From: Octopus sinensis
Taxonomy: Eukaryota
Length of the DNA: 64,000 nt
Direction: 5' to 3'
NCBI RefSeq assembly: GCF_006345805.1
Contig: NC_042997.1
Span: 80,290,001 to 80,354,000 of the forward strand
Shown here: one piece after another, positions 38,241 through 52,112 of the stretch
Layout of the letters: each line of letters begins with the position of its first letter
Position numbering within the stretch: position 1 is the first letter of the stretch
Program-made: the position numbers and the translations under genes
The notes under the pieces: model-generated
The model's input: the letters and a program-made list of their open reading frames with translations, nothing else
The model's database searches: none
What the model was told of the DNA's origin: nothing

Positions 38241-38562
38241 CAATATTATATTCTTCCTTACAACATGACTGATTTGGGGTGAAAAGGAAGAATAATTATT
38301 TTTCATTTAAGTATGTTTATATCTTTATGTACACATACACACACCCTTCTTGAAAAAACCCCAAATATTTTTATTTTCAACACAAATGGTAAACATGGGT
38401 CCTGTCATTTTACTGTTATCCACTGCCACTAAAAGAAGGATATTAAGACACAATCCAGAATGTGAATACTTTCATTAAGGAATAATTCTGTTTTATCAAA
38501 GATGGTCATTCTACAATGCATACCAGCCATTTCGATTAATTCATGTGGCCTAAATTATTTCA

Positions 38563-38779
38563 TTAAATCTTTCAATACCAACCCAGCTGAAACTGGCTCT
38601 GGCTCTGTAATACAAATGTCTGATTTTTGTAAGCTTTGAATTAAAATCTTCCACCAAACCTTAGTCCCAATTTATGTTCTTAACACTAGCTTAATGATAA
38701 CAAAATTCTTTGTTATATTTAAAATTAATTGAAAGAAACACTGATTATCTCAAAATAAATACAGTAATGAAAGGGTTAA
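38563..38779 (+). mobile_element. TTAA MITE family 2
   Basis: ctttcaataccaacccagctgaaac...gtaatgaaagggttaa; related degenerate copies at about 47484-47699 and 24400-24540. Confidence 0.65.
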
Positions 38780-39429
38780 ACTGCTGGTGATGTATTTGAC
38801 AATATTCTAACTCATATTTCCCAGTAGTATCTGATTCAGTGTCTTTTCATTTATATTATCAGTATTGATCATTTGCTAATTTAAGCTTGATACTGAATAA
38901 TTAAAGTATATAATGAACAGAAATGTTTGTGTATATAATTTCTTTCATTAACGTTTACATTTTGATAATAAAAGTATTAACATTTTGGTTACATCTTTGA
39001 TATACTTCCACTGAAGGTTAATGACCTGTTTGCTAGTTGTACCCAGCTTTTAAACTCTCTATCCTTCCCTCCATCTATCCTTTTCTTATCTATCTACATA
39101 ATTGTAATTCTTAACTTACTTGTGTGTGTGTGTGGGGGGGGGGTTGTCTACAGCAGACATGCTGGTATTTCCAATGTGTTTTTTTAACATTTTCCTTGGT
39201 CTCAATTGGTATGAACCACAGGACATTTCAATTTTACAACCATAACTAATGATAAAGGAACAGCAACAACAATGGCAGACACTGACAATAATTACAAATA
39301 TTCATGCATAAATAAACCATAAACCAAGATCAATGATAAGTAAAACAAGGACATAGGTTCAGCTAATAGAAAGAACCAACAGTCAAAGCATCGAATTGCT
39401 GACTATGAAACACTGTCTTTGATGGTCAG

Positions 39430-39680
39430 GACTTGTAGCAAGAATGGAATAGTCAAGGTTCCTACACGAAATCTTAATCAGCAAGCTCACTTGAAGGAAA
39501 AGACTATGGGGTTGCACTTTTCGAAGAAACAAGGACCAACTCAAAATATTACTGAAAGCCACTGGACTTGAGCCTAAATTGTTTGGAACACAAGCCTGAG
39601 ACCATACCAAGTAGTGGTCTTTCATCACCACTGAAAACAGAAACTTAGAAGTCACCAGAAGAAAAAAATTAAAAAATTAA
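39430..39680 (+). mobile_element. Possible LINE apurinic-endonuclease relic
   Basis: RKRLWGCTFRRNKDQLKIL...QA*DH resembles the RLWTW...KNQIDYIL...SDH end of APE domains. Confidence 0.35.
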
Positions 39681-42600
39681 ATGAAAGGAGAGAAAGGCCT
39701 GACAAAACCAACCTTGTCCTCTACCAATATTACTGTGGCAGTCAATGCCATCAACTCTTCTATGCAAGAACTGGTCTACATAGTCATCAACATTATCACC
39801 TTAAAGGAAGCATTTAGCAAAGAAGACTAAATTCTCGGATACAAGATAGACACGACATTCATAGTACAAAACTCACTGATGTAGTTCATTCTGAGAGAAA
39901 ACAAGATAGATAGACAGAGATAGTGTCTTTGCATTATTATATATAATTTTACATTTGCATGCTAAAAAGGGTTAGAAATTTGTGAAAATGAGTGGTTTTC
40001 AGTAAATGTATGTATGTGTGCTTTCAGGTACGTGTTCTTGTGTGTGTATATGTCTGTGTGTCAAGGTGAATGTATGTAGTGTGTGTGTGTGTGTGAGTAC
40101 AAGTACGTGTGGTAGTTAAATACATTTAACCCTAAGCTATGCTTTAAAACATAAATCAGAAAGAATTTTTAAAAAATAAACTCCAAGTGTAAAAGTTACA
40201 ACTTGTTACAGAAAAAAGATGGCAGCTGACAAGCAGTTTCAAATTGTCAATGTTTCTTTTTGCTGAATTGTAATCTAAAGCATAGATATCTCAGGAAAAA
40301 TAAAAAAACACAAACAAAAAAACACACATACAAAGTGGGTGGGTAGGGTACTTGTTTTTAATTCCACATCATCTGTTTTAGTACATGTAGTACTGTACTA
40401 TATTTCTTAAAAGTGACAGGATCTGATTTGAAGGAGTTTGGGTAGTACTTCTGGCCAGTTGAACAAATATATAAAAACTACTTTTATTCTAATTCCAACA
40501 GTTAAGCCTAATGCAAGTATATATATAAATGTTTGGGCATATTTGTGTGTATGTGTGTGTATGTGTGTGTGTGTGTATAAATATGTAAAATCAGAGACAT
40601 GCCGCCTAGGTAGGAAAGGTAGGCAGTGCCTACCTTCAATAAAATAGATCGATTGGAACAGTTTCCTTTTATGGCAAAATATGGACCTAATTCAATAAAA
40701 TTATGAAGGTTATTCTGATTACTATGCATAAAATGCAATTTTTTTTATGTAGATAAGGTAGGCATAATTTGCCCCTGCCTTTCTATCTCAGTATTTCTAT
40801 CTCAGCATAGTACTGCTGTAGTACATGAGCTGCATACATTTTTACAATTATTTCAAAATATTCAGATGAATATTTTGGCATGAGTTAGAATTTCCAAAAT
40901 ATTGTCTAAAATTTTCTCCAAATTTGCTAAACACCATCACAGTCAATATTTAATACCCTCTTCTTTTTCATTCTTCCTTTGCTCTCCTTTTGTAAATAAA
41001 CAAATAAAACAGACAATTCTTTCAAAGTATTTTTGTTTTCTGTTATAGAAAACTCTTCTTATATATAGAAGGTTCTTCCATGATTAAATGAACAAAACTG
41101 ATTTTCATAACTTTCATTTTTTTTTTTTTTGTTTTTATCTTATTAAACCTCTCTTCTTTTGCACTACCACACACATACACACAGAAAAAAGGATAATATG
41201 CTTCATGTTACAGGAAATATTTTGAGAGTTATAATGACAGCATTTCATTGACTGTCAGCTTTCTGCCTCAGTTGAAGTAAACAATCTCTACTCAACTACA
41301 TTACTGTCCAAGGAGCAAGAATTCAAGTCTATGTATAAGCCACTTCTCATTCTTGGAAAAGGAAAGAAGAAAGATACAAAAAAAAAAAAAATCTTGTGAC
41401 AAATAATAGCAGGTTTTATAATGTCAAAATGAAAACTGACAGAAATTATTGCATTGCTATTTATTATGCAGGAACTCAAAAGATTAAGCTACAGGTCTCC
41501 AACTTACATGACAATTAGTTCGGTTCTGTTTTAATTATTTGTTTATCAAATGTACAGCTGATTATGATTTAAGAAAAATTGAATTTTGACTGATTAAAAT
41601 ATATTCAATGATGTAAAGTAAACTAACATGTGGGTGTTTTTAGCAAATACACTTTTAGTCGAACTGTGAGAAGAAACTCTGGTTAAAATGTGTCCAAAGA
41701 AGAAACGAAAAGATGACCAAGCATGTTTCAGAGTTATTTTTAGCAGTTCATGGCAGATTGGCTACTCTTTTCTCTAACAACAGGTAACAGGAACTTATTG
41801 CTATTCATTGTATAAACAAATTTGGACAAAGGCAAGTTGTTCTAATTTACATAATAGCAGTGCAAGTGCTGTCAACATTTAATTAATAAAAGGACTACTT
41901 CATTTATCATTAAATGGACTACTTCATTGCCAATACTTGCCCTGTTGTTATACAAATTAGGGGTATGTGTATACTATAAATAGTTTCAGGCTACAACTAT
42001 ATTTCCCTCTGTGATCACAGAATCAAGAAATTGAACTCTGATAAACCAGTGTTAAATGGGGAAGCATGACAGGTCAATCTCATATTTCTGGACACAAATA
42101 ATAACATGCTTTAACAACACTATCTCCTTATCACAGTATGCTAAAGAATGTACTTTGACCTTTATAAATTGATATTTACAAATATGTTTTATTCTTCACT
42201 TTGATGTGGCCATTTTGGTGCACTGATTTCAAGGGTTCTAAGTGATCCTAAGGACCCCAGTATTTGTTTCAGTGTGATACTATAGCAATTTCTATTTGTT
42301 GAATTGCACAAAACACAAAATAAACAGCATGTTTCCCATTTACCAAACTCCACCCATAAGGTACAGGTCAAATCAAGGTATAGGTGAAGATATTACACAC
42401 ACACACACACACGTACATGAGGTTTGTATGTGTTATAACAATGGGGAAATCTAACAGAAGTCAAGTTAAAATTTGCATGCAAATGATTAGAAAAAGAAAA
42501 TGCAAAAAAAAAGAAAGAAAGTTTGTTTTAGTTTTATTATAACAGAAAGGTAAAAAAAGACATTTTACAGTGCAAAACTGGAGAAAAGTAAATTTATCCA

Positions 42601-42934
42601 ATATATTGGTTTATCATTTCACATGTCCATGGTTATGGATAGTTGAAGCAGAAATAGTGAATAAATTTTTCTTTTTCTTTTATTATACACATCTATATGA
42701 ATTAAAGTTTTAGTAAGTAGGCAAGAAGAAAAGTCATTTCTACCCTCAAAGAAATGGTTGCACTTGATATACAGAAAAGCAGTACATTGAATTCAATTGT
42801 TGTACGCAGTGTTATGTATAAATGCACAAGCAGTATAATGGGAATATAGTCAGGATAACACAGAAGGTAGATCTGAAGCACATACATAGGAATAGTAAGA
42901 ATACGTGCAAAATAAACTCCCTTTAAATGCTTTG

Positions 42935-43400
42935 AAGGTATTCTAGAAGTAGTTGATAGTTTTTGTTATTTAGATGACCTAATTAACAGTGGAAATATGA
43001 GTACTGGAGCATAGTAGTCAGAGTAAGAATAAAGTGAAGTTCAAAGAGTTATTAACTCTGCTGGCAACAAAAGGCTTCTCTTTCAGAGTGAAAGATAGAT
43101 TGCTTCAGTTTGAGGTGTGGTGCTTTGTGGTAGCAAGACTGGAGTTTTGAATTCAAAGGATGTGTGAAGAATAGACAGAAATGAACTATGACCTGCTGGA
43201 TATATAATGTAAGTGTACCAGAAATGAATACAAATGAGTTGAGAAAAAAAAACTGGTTATAAGAGAAATCAAATGTAGTAAGAGAAGAGATTGCACTGGT
43301 GGTGTACCTGATGTGTAAGGAGGATAACAGCTGTATCAAATGTATGCTCAGTGAATTATACCCATGGAAGACAGTGATCTAGGAAAACATAGAATAAAGT
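42935..43400 (+). mobile_element. RTE-clade LINE 3' fragment
   Basis: EVVDSFCYLDDLI...KFKELLTLLATKGFSFRVKDRL. Confidence 0.75.
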
Positions 43401-43649
43401 GTTGAAGGCTGGACTCAAGATTCTGTACCTCATGAACATGATAAAACATCAAAATGATGATAAGCAACATATGTTGCTTCAGATCTTCTCATTCAAGGAT
43501 GTAAAACAAAACATTAAATTGTACCATACCACTGGTGTAATGTGGGATATTGTTGAATCTGTCCAATGTAATTATTCTGTACTACCAATTATCTATAGCA
43601 CTCTCACTTGACAATATCTATATAATGAGAGGTTTATTGGTGTCTCTGA

Positions 43650-44115
43650 GAAACCCACCTTGGTAATGCTAGTCATCATTCCCCTTTCTTCTAAGATATT
43701 TATTGACATCTATCTTGCTCTCTTACCATTGCCATCTCTATAACTATCCATTTCTTATTCTCTCTTACTGATATCAGCTTGATACTGCTAGCCATCATTC
43801 CCCCATCACTCTCTTTTCTCACCTTCACAATGACTATGAACTTTTCATCCAATCATTGTTTCTTTCATCATACTCTCACTTATTTCGCTTCATCACCCAG
43901 TTCTTTCCTGCCATTGCTCTCTCTCTCTCTCTCTCTCTTCTGATAATATTGCTTTGAATGAACAGACAAGATAGAGCATGGAGAACTATTTGTTGAGTGA
44001 GGCATACGGCAACCTCACTAGAACTGGTGTCATGCAAGAAAAGCAATCAGTACATTCTGTAAAGTGGTGTGGTATTAGGAAGGGCATCCAGCAAAAGAAA
44101 TTAAGCCAAAAGTGG
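43650..44115 (+). mobile_element. CT-rich body plus RTE-like tail element, copy 4
   Basis: Pyrimidine-rich block with (TC)n, then caacctcactagaactggtg...ggtattaggaagggcatccagc. Confidence 0.5.
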
Positions 44116-44358
44116 AACATATGAACAAGACATAGTCCTCAGCAACTGCTAGACTCACCCTATCCATAATGATTGGTTTCTTTACACACATACACAAACA
44201 CACACTAAAATGATTATATGGGAAGTGAATTACAAGATCTTAGTATCCATACTAAAAACTTGTTTTAGAAAGTTAGAACAATCATAAGGTGAAGAATCAG
44301 TTGTTTAATTTAGTAGCTCTTCTTTTATAGTTTAGTATGCAAATGGAGATGGCACTAG

Positions 44359-44394
<36 letters not shown>

Positions 44395-45510
44395 GGGGGG
44401 TTCATTTCAAAAAGTGGAGGGGGGTGAAGTAAAAGTAGTTTTGTAATAGTGAAATCTAGATATTAGCAGACAAATTAGCTGGTAAGAATACACCAGAGGA
44501 AAACAATTTGCAGATGATGACAAGTGTTTGAATGAAGGATTGTATGCAATGTTTGCAGCAGGATTTAATTACAATACAAAGAAATGAGAAAGAGTGGTGA
44601 GTAGCAGAGATATGTATCCAGCAGATAGATTGAGGTCAGTGAGTTGTAATTAGTAAGTTCTGATGAAAAGATTGTTAGTGTAGCATTCAAAACTAAAGAG
44701 AGGAAACGAGAACAATATGCCATGGACTGCAGAATTTTCGGAATGTTGGAGCTTCTTAATTAACTGAATGATTTTCTTTTGAGTGATAGTTTAAAAATTG
44801 CACTAGACATATGAAATAGACTTCTATAGAGATAATTTTAAGAAAGGTTATAAGAGAAATTACTTAAAAGTATGAGTATTTATTAAATAGGTAACAGACT
44901 GAACTTTTGCAAGTCTCCTTAGGCTTTTAGCATTGTCTTTTACCTTGTAAGGGCAACAACTGTTTAAATCTCTTTTGTGCTATCATGGCAATGTTAAAGA
45001 TATGAAGCACCCAGATGTTGCAGGAGATAGTAATGTAATAAGTAAATAAGTATAATGAAGGTGGATTATCGACATTATTAGTTGTCTATGTTAAGCAGGT
45101 GTGTCATGAAATAGTTTTTCTTGAAAAACAAAAATTGTTTGCAATTGTGTGTAATTGAAGGGTACTGAATTTTTAAACTCTATCAGTGGAAGAAGTAAAT
45201 ATTTTAGCTATGATTGTTAATATTACCACTGGTTACGATACTGAATGGAAGTAAACAATTGAAGAGTGCATTGCATGTAAATAAATTGGTGAAGATTCAT
45301 TAAGAGTATCATGTCTTTGTAATTTCCATTAAGATTTCATATTAACTGAACATGGTTAGAAAATACAATGGTAAGAATAACAAAAAAGAAAAGAAAGTTA
45401 TCAATGTATTATAGAAGCCACTGGTTGTTAGAACTGAATAACATTTAATAACTAGCTTTTAAAACTTAGCACTTTAAACAAACACTGAAAACTAATTTTA
45501 ATTAACTATT

Positions 45511-45566
45511 AATAAAAGATGGTTCAGATTTGAATCATCTGACTCAAACCTGAACCATCCTTTATT
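45511..45566 (-). other. Isolated 23-bp-stem hairpin with 10-nt loop
   Basis: aataaaagatggttcagatttga / tcaaacctgaaccatcctttatt; the two A.C mismatches become G.U pairs on the minus strand. Confidence 0.85.
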
Positions 45567-48500
45567 GCTTGATAAAATTAGTACCCCATCATACAGTCCA
45601 AAACATGGTTTCTGTTATCTCCTCATCAGAAGCATTGGGTGCATATTTAACAGGTCAAATATATTGAACCACTTCAATATATGAGTGAACATTTGCAAAA
45701 CAAAGCTAGTAAGGTATTAACAAACTATTCACAACTACAGTAAATATATTTTTGCTAAAATTAAAAAGAAATACTCACAGTTTAGCACTGGAATTAAACG
45801 TTCCCCTGTAAAAATTATGAATTAAGTAATCATCTAAAAAAAAACTGATTCTAATCTATGGAATTAGGACAGAACATTGTGTCCAAAAGAAATCTAAAAA
45901 TTGAATATATAACAAATAATACTGATTTCTTTTGAAAGCATACAAGCTACAGTACAATTGATTAAACTGACCGCAATGTATAACAAGTAGATGACTGAAA
46001 ATTAAAGAAAGGATTTGAGTTAAAGTAAAGAGGTGTAAATGTACTTGTTATTGTGACTTAGATCCAAGTCAGCCCTAACTGTGCAAATTCTATGGTTAAG
46101 GCAATTCAAACAATGACCATCCCATCTAATTTTCAGGAATTGAGTACCACAGACTAACTTGAGTCCATTTTTAAGATAGAAGAGTGTGGTTTGGGGAAAA
46201 TTTGGTGACTATTTTTAGTAAAATGAAGACTATGCAAGGCCTCCCTAAGCAATTTATTTAATACTTTTCTGCCTTTAATTTTCTGATGTAGGCTCAAGAC
46301 CAGAAAATTGGGTGGAGGTGAAACAGTGGAAAGAGATGAGCTGATTACATCCCCCACACCACTCACATTACTTGACTGGCACTTTATTTCATCATAACAC
46401 AAATTGTTGCTAACATTGGCTCAAGGCCAGAAATTTGGAAACAGGGATCCAGTTAATTATATCAACACCAGTACCTTCCTGCTAATTTATTTTATATATC
46501 CATTATTTTCTCTTTTTTTTACAGTTAAATTCTCTTTCTAAAAATAATTAGAAATTGTATTCACCAGCAAATAATTGCAACCATTTGATTAATAACAAAA
46601 TCTAAATTTGAAGAGACCTTCAAATGACATCAGCATATAAAAATATAATTTTAATAATATTGGTATGATAATTATAAAACATGGAGCTGTATGTTTAGGC
46701 TTTATACTTTTAATGTATAATTTACATTATGAGTTGACTGACTCATCATCATGGTGGTTTGCTAGTCAAAGAATTAACAGTTCTTAAATGCAAATAGGTA
46801 CCAAGTTGAAGTATAGTACACCACTAAATATGTGGAAACTAAAATTGCTGTTAGATTCTTGTCCTGAGGAAGATACGTATTTCAATCACTTAAACTGTTT
46901 GGAAATTAGGATAAAATCAATCATATGACCCTCTTAATGGACTTGTTTATAAGCAGTTGGTGAAAGATTTTCATCAATTACACTCTAAATTAATTATTCT
47001 TGTAGTGTAATATTGTTTTTGTTTTCTTTAGCACCAGTTACTAAATAAAGAATTTATATCAAAAATATATAATGTATACAATAACCATCAAGAACAAAAA
47101 AAAAACAAACTATACTCCGAAATTAAAAATAAGGCACAGTCAAAAACTATAACAGAATAAGACTTATTTATACATAGTGAATAAAATCTAATTGAAAGGT
47201 GAAATGATTTCTGTTGATAAAGTGGATTCATTTTGAGTTAAATAGTTATTTGATCATCTAAACATGAAGAGAAGGATAGCATGTTTTATAACAAACTAGA
47301 TCAAATTTTAACATTCCCCATTCAAACTGGTCAAGCTTGCAATTAAATCTACTTTTCTTATTTCTACTTTTTAAGATACTAATCCAACTGGAAATGAATA
47401 TACTTAAAGGTAACATATATGTAAACTCTTAATTATTATTTTCAATGCATATTGGATAGTAAATAGAGTATTTACTTTCTCTCTGCCTTTTGATGCCAAC
47501 TCACCTGACACCATGTTCTGGTTGTATGATACAAGCTTCAGGTTTTAAAGTGATCTAAAAACCTTTCAGCAAAATTTCATGTTAATTTATGTTTCAAATA
47601 CTAGCTTAATACTGGCAAAGTTATTTTACTAAATTCATTATTTCCAAATTAAAGTAAAGGCAGTGTATTTCAACAGAAATATAGTAACAAACTGATTAAG
47701 CATTTTAATTAGACAACTTTATAGGACTTTGTAATTTAAATTCTGATACATTTATGTTACTTATTTCATCAACTCAGTGGAATTAATTTGGTTATGCAAA
47801 GTACTGAAAGAGAGCATTGTGATATAGAAAATCTCCAAGTCATGGGCTCATGCATAATGTGCCACCAATAAAATTCATTTTTATATCTCTTTCTAAAATA
47901 TAGAGAGATTCATATCATTTTCAGAAAATGTACAACTATTTGGTTCTATACCATTTATATTAATACTGTTGTATTAATATTTTCTCAACCTATTTATGAA
48001 CCATTTAGCTGAAAAATAACAATAGCTGTTGTCAGTCAGTTGAACCTAATCTAGCAGGGTTATGTTCTGTCCCATGACATAACACAATGACTAAAACATT
48101 TAATACATGAGCATTTGGTCAATAATCCTATGCAACAATGACACAACTGTAAATTTTATATAATATGCATGTATAATTGAAGTCATTCAAGATATAGTAA
48201 CACTCTTGTAAATGCATGAGTTTTCTATTATTGACAAAAATTACTTTTGAATAATCTCTCGCAACATATTCTTACAATATAATAAATTAAAGCTGCATTA
48301 ACAGTGTTTTGTTTCAATGCTATGCTGTACTAAAGTGTATATATATAGACTGTGTAGACAGATTGTAACATTTTGTCTTTTTATACAATATAACTGTGCA
48401 GAGAAGGGACGGATCAACTGGAGTAGTTTTTAATTTATATATTACTGATATGTTAATAGCATTTTATTTCACTGCTACATTGTATTAATCAAAGTAGCTA

Positions 48501-49581
48501 TGAAGTAATGTCATATAAGTAAATCTAATGAGCTAATTCACCCAAGTCCTTAGTAATAGTGAAGGTTCCAAAGAGAGTACTTAGTCACTGAAGAAATCCC
48601 AACAGAAGATTAAAACTAGTCCAGTTCATCCCTCTTTTTCCATTGTATAAAAAGACAAGATATTCTGTCTATTAATAATGGCTAAAATGTACAGATATAT
48701 TTTTCAGGACATATAGTATTAGAATATAGTGTAGGAACTTTCCATCCTATAAATATTTTCCAGAGAATGTTTTTGGAGTAAAGGTAAAAATTGTAGCTTC
48801 ACAAGTCACAGACAATTGTGAAGATGGTGCTTAAATTTGGATTCAATAGCTATAAGACATGGAGGGATAATTTATTTCTCAATAATGATGAAAGGCAATG
48901 GGATTTGAATTCATAAGAAATACCACAAGGCATTTTGTTAAAAGAGCTAACGATTCTGCCAGTTTGCTGGTCTTTGTTTCAAATTAAAGAACAAAGCCAG
49001 GAATTTTAAAGGACAGGTTTAGACATTACCATTGATACCAGTAATGCATATAATGTTCCTTGGTAAATCTGGCAAATTTTCCGAAGAAATCAAGGTAACT
49101 GAGATTTATAAAGTATCATAACACCAGAAATAATGAAATGCTTGTGGTGGGTGTAAGGTGACAGCCCCTAAAACATTTTACTTGTATAATAATTTATGGA
49201 AGGAAATCCAAAACTTAGTTCACCTTCTTGCTATCTACAAACATCAAATTCTTTAAAATCCAACAACAAAAGATTTATAAAAATATTTTTAAAAAATAGA
49301 ATAAATAATAAATAGTAGCTGATGATGTACCACAAACCTATTTTTTGTAATATGCAACTGAAATGATGAGAAAATATTGAAAAGTGGTGAAAAGAACATC
49401 AACAGCAGCAGGATTTGAACTCTGAATTCAGAGAAAGGAAGTTTAATACCATTAACATTTAACTCAATGCATGGGTAATTCTGTAGCAGTAGTAATGTTG
49501 CTAACAGGCATATGGCCTCAAATTTAAAGACAGGGGTTACTCAATTAAATTGACTTAATACTTAACTGACACTTTGACTTC

Positions 49582-49916
49582 GTGAAGGCACATGGCTTAG
49601 TGTTGGGATTACAATCATGAGGTAGTGAGTTCAATTCCTGGACGGGGCTGTGTGTTGTGTTCTTGAGCAAGATACTTTATTTCAGGTTGCTCCAGTTCAC
49701 TCAACCGTAGAAGCAAGTTGCGATGTCACTGGTGCCAAGCTGTATCAACCTTGCCTTTCCCTTGGATAACATTGGTGACATGGAGAGGGGAGGCTGGTAT
49801 GCATGGGCAACTGCTGGTCTTCCATAAATAGCCTTGCCTAGACTTGTATCTTGGAGGGGAACTTTCTAGGTGCATTCCCATTATCATTTATGACTGAAGG
49901 GGGTCTTTACCCTTTT
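49582..49916 (+). mobile_element. tRNA-derived SINE family C
   Basis: gtgaaggcacatggcttagtg (A box) ... gagttcaattcc (B box) ... cttgagcaagatacttt...ttgctccagttcactc core. Confidence 0.75.
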
Positions 49917-52014
49917 TTACTTTGACTTTATAACTCAAAACATAAAGAGCCAGAACAAATAACACATGGCCTTGTGTCTAATGCTCTGATGATGCTGACA
50001 ATCCTCCACCTTACTAATGGTTTTGATAGTATTGACTAACCCATTCTACACTGCCTTGTACCAGCAATTTTAAGGGGAACAGGCCAGTCAATACCACTGA
50101 CCCCGATACTTGACTGGTACTTTATTTTATCAACCCTCGAGGGATGAACAGCAAAGTTAACTTTAGAGATTATTTGCACTCAGAACACAAAGATCCAGAA
50201 GAATTTTTGTTTACTGCTCTAACAATTCTGCAAGCTTGTCGAACCATTAGAGTGTATAAGATCAGCAATTTTGAGGGGGAAGTGTTAGTCAATACCACTT
50301 AACCTCAGTACTTAATGATAATAATGATAATTAGTTATCAAATGCACTTACCCTGAATTATGTGTTTATCAAGTATATAGAACTTAATGACAAAAACTAG
50401 AAAACAAAACAAAAAAAAAAACGAAAAACAAAAGCCCAACCAAAAATCCTCATTGATAGAAAAGAGAACTGTATTCAAAAGTTTAAAGTAACGTTTCTTA
50501 CCTTCAATAAGTTTCTCAATTTTAAAATCTTAAGTACAGAATAGAAATTAGATAAATCACCTGTTAACTTGTGTTACGTTGATAAGTTCTCAAAATTAAG
50601 AAAAAAGGAAAACAAAACTAAAAGAAAGTTTTTGCTTAACACTTATGTTTCTAAATGAGTATGTTGGAATATTACAAGAAAAGAGAAAAGTAATTAGGTA
50701 TTTCTTTATGTCATACAACTAGTCTAATTATGAAACAGATTATATATTAAGATCATGAACAAATTTAAAACCAAGTTCAATATTGATAATAAAAAGAAAA
50801 TTTAAACATTGTTTCAAAATTTACTAGATTTTCTTTATTTTTCAATTAAGACCAGTATGATATAAAACTAATACATCAAGTAATTAAAGACAGTGGGATA
50901 TGTATATTAAAAAACAACAAAAATATAATGATGATAATAATAATATTTGAATAACAAAAATACCACAAAAAAATCCAATACACTGATGTTCTTATTTAAA
51001 AGGAATACATTTTTTCAAAAAATAACTAATCTGGTTTAAACTTGATTTAAAGGATTTTAAGATTTTTTTTTTGTTTTTCTCAGCTAATTGTTTGTTTATT
51101 TATTTAGTCATTATGGAGACAATTCAGAACACCTGCTTTAATATTGTAATTAAATCTTTAATATGACGGAAGAATTTCTTCAGTGTTAAAATATAATTCC
51201 CCACATTTTTTTTATGTTTCTCGTTTAATTAATTTTTTTTTTTTTGGCTAAGATTTTCTTAAAATTTGCATCTATACCAAGAATTGTATTTAGTCCATGC
51301 CCTGAAGCCTGTGCTTAATGTAACTACAATTCTCACCACAATCACATTTCTGACAATAATTAAAACTGAAACAGTTGGTTATTTAGTTCTGACAAACAAC
51401 TGTTAGAAGGAATAACAATTCCTACTGGAATCACATTATGCATGAGAAGTAAATGTTACCCATTTTCCTCAGATAAGGCATGGCCAAATTACTGGAAGTA
51501 TGTTATATCTATTGTCTAAACAAACTGAACTATGAGAGCCATAATAATGCTACATTTTTTTCTATGATAGTGATAATATATTAAATGTTCATACATTACA
51601 TAAATAAGCATTAAAGATCTGAATTTTTGTTGTTGGTACAGATATATACACACACAATGTTTGCAATAGTCGACATACATGGCTGCTCACAACAGAGAAC
51701 ATATTGATCATTGTCTGGCTAAATGCAGTAAAATTTTGCTTCTGTATTGTTGACATAAAATAATCAGAAAATAAAACTACCATTGATAGCAATGAAACTA
51801 ATTTTTATCTAGACAGAAATTTGTATTAAAAATAGATACTATACATTTATTTATTTATGTGTGTGTCTGTATAAAAATGTGTGCACGTATGTGTGTGTGT
51901 GTGTGCGTTTATATATATATATATATATGTAGGTCCCGGGTTGATTCGGGGTTAACCACAGTAAATAAGGTACTCAATACATAGCAGAGTAAAATTAATT
52001 TATTATATAGAAGG

Positions 52015-52065
52015 AGCTTCTACAGGACTAGAACTGTTTCATTCAAGAGAAATCTTCAGGAAGCT
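52015..52065 (-). ncRNA. Type-I hammerhead ribozyme motif, exact mirror copy on the minus strand
   Basis: Follows from perfect dyad symmetry about 52063/52064; sequence identical to the plus-strand motif at 52062-52112. Confidence 0.8.
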
Positions 52066-52112
52066 TCCTGAAGATTTCTCTTGAATGAAACAGTTCTAGT
52101 CCTGTAGAAGCT
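52062..52112 (+). ncRNA. Type-I hammerhead ribozyme motif with intact catalytic core (right arm of palindrome)
   Basis: Stem I AGCTTC(52062-67)/GAAGCT(52107-12); core CTGAAGA (52068-74); stem II TTC/GAA with TCTT loop and a U.U pair at 10.1-11.1; GAAA (52087-90); stem III ACAG/CTGT with loop TTCTAGTC; GUA triplet, predicted cut after 52106. Confidence 0.8.

Noticed and set aside
38524-38549. Candidate 26-nt GALNT microexon (PHELIEMA, phase 1 out)
   Set aside because: Phase-compatible, but the acceptor has no pyrimidine tract and there is no homology support; such AG..GT pairs are common by chance.
39545-39605. GLEPKLFGT resembling a tyrosine-recombinase GLDP--FG-HSLR motif
   Set aside because: The HSLR needs a frameshift, other YR motifs are absent, and the surrounding sequence fits a LINE endonuclease end better.
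41230-41357. Strong-looking minus-strand acceptor (ttctttccttttccaag) and short ORF
   Set aside because: All frames close quickly and no donor was identified; it cannot be supported as an exon without RNA data.
45598-45634. Minus-strand CTGATGA...GAAAC CATG motif
   Set aside because: Stem II closing pair, stem III 3' strand and stem I all fail.
50502-50560. Possible 59-nt exon with AG|gtaaga donor
   Set aside because: Weak acceptor, phase incompatible with the known exon, no protein similarity; at best a UTR exon.
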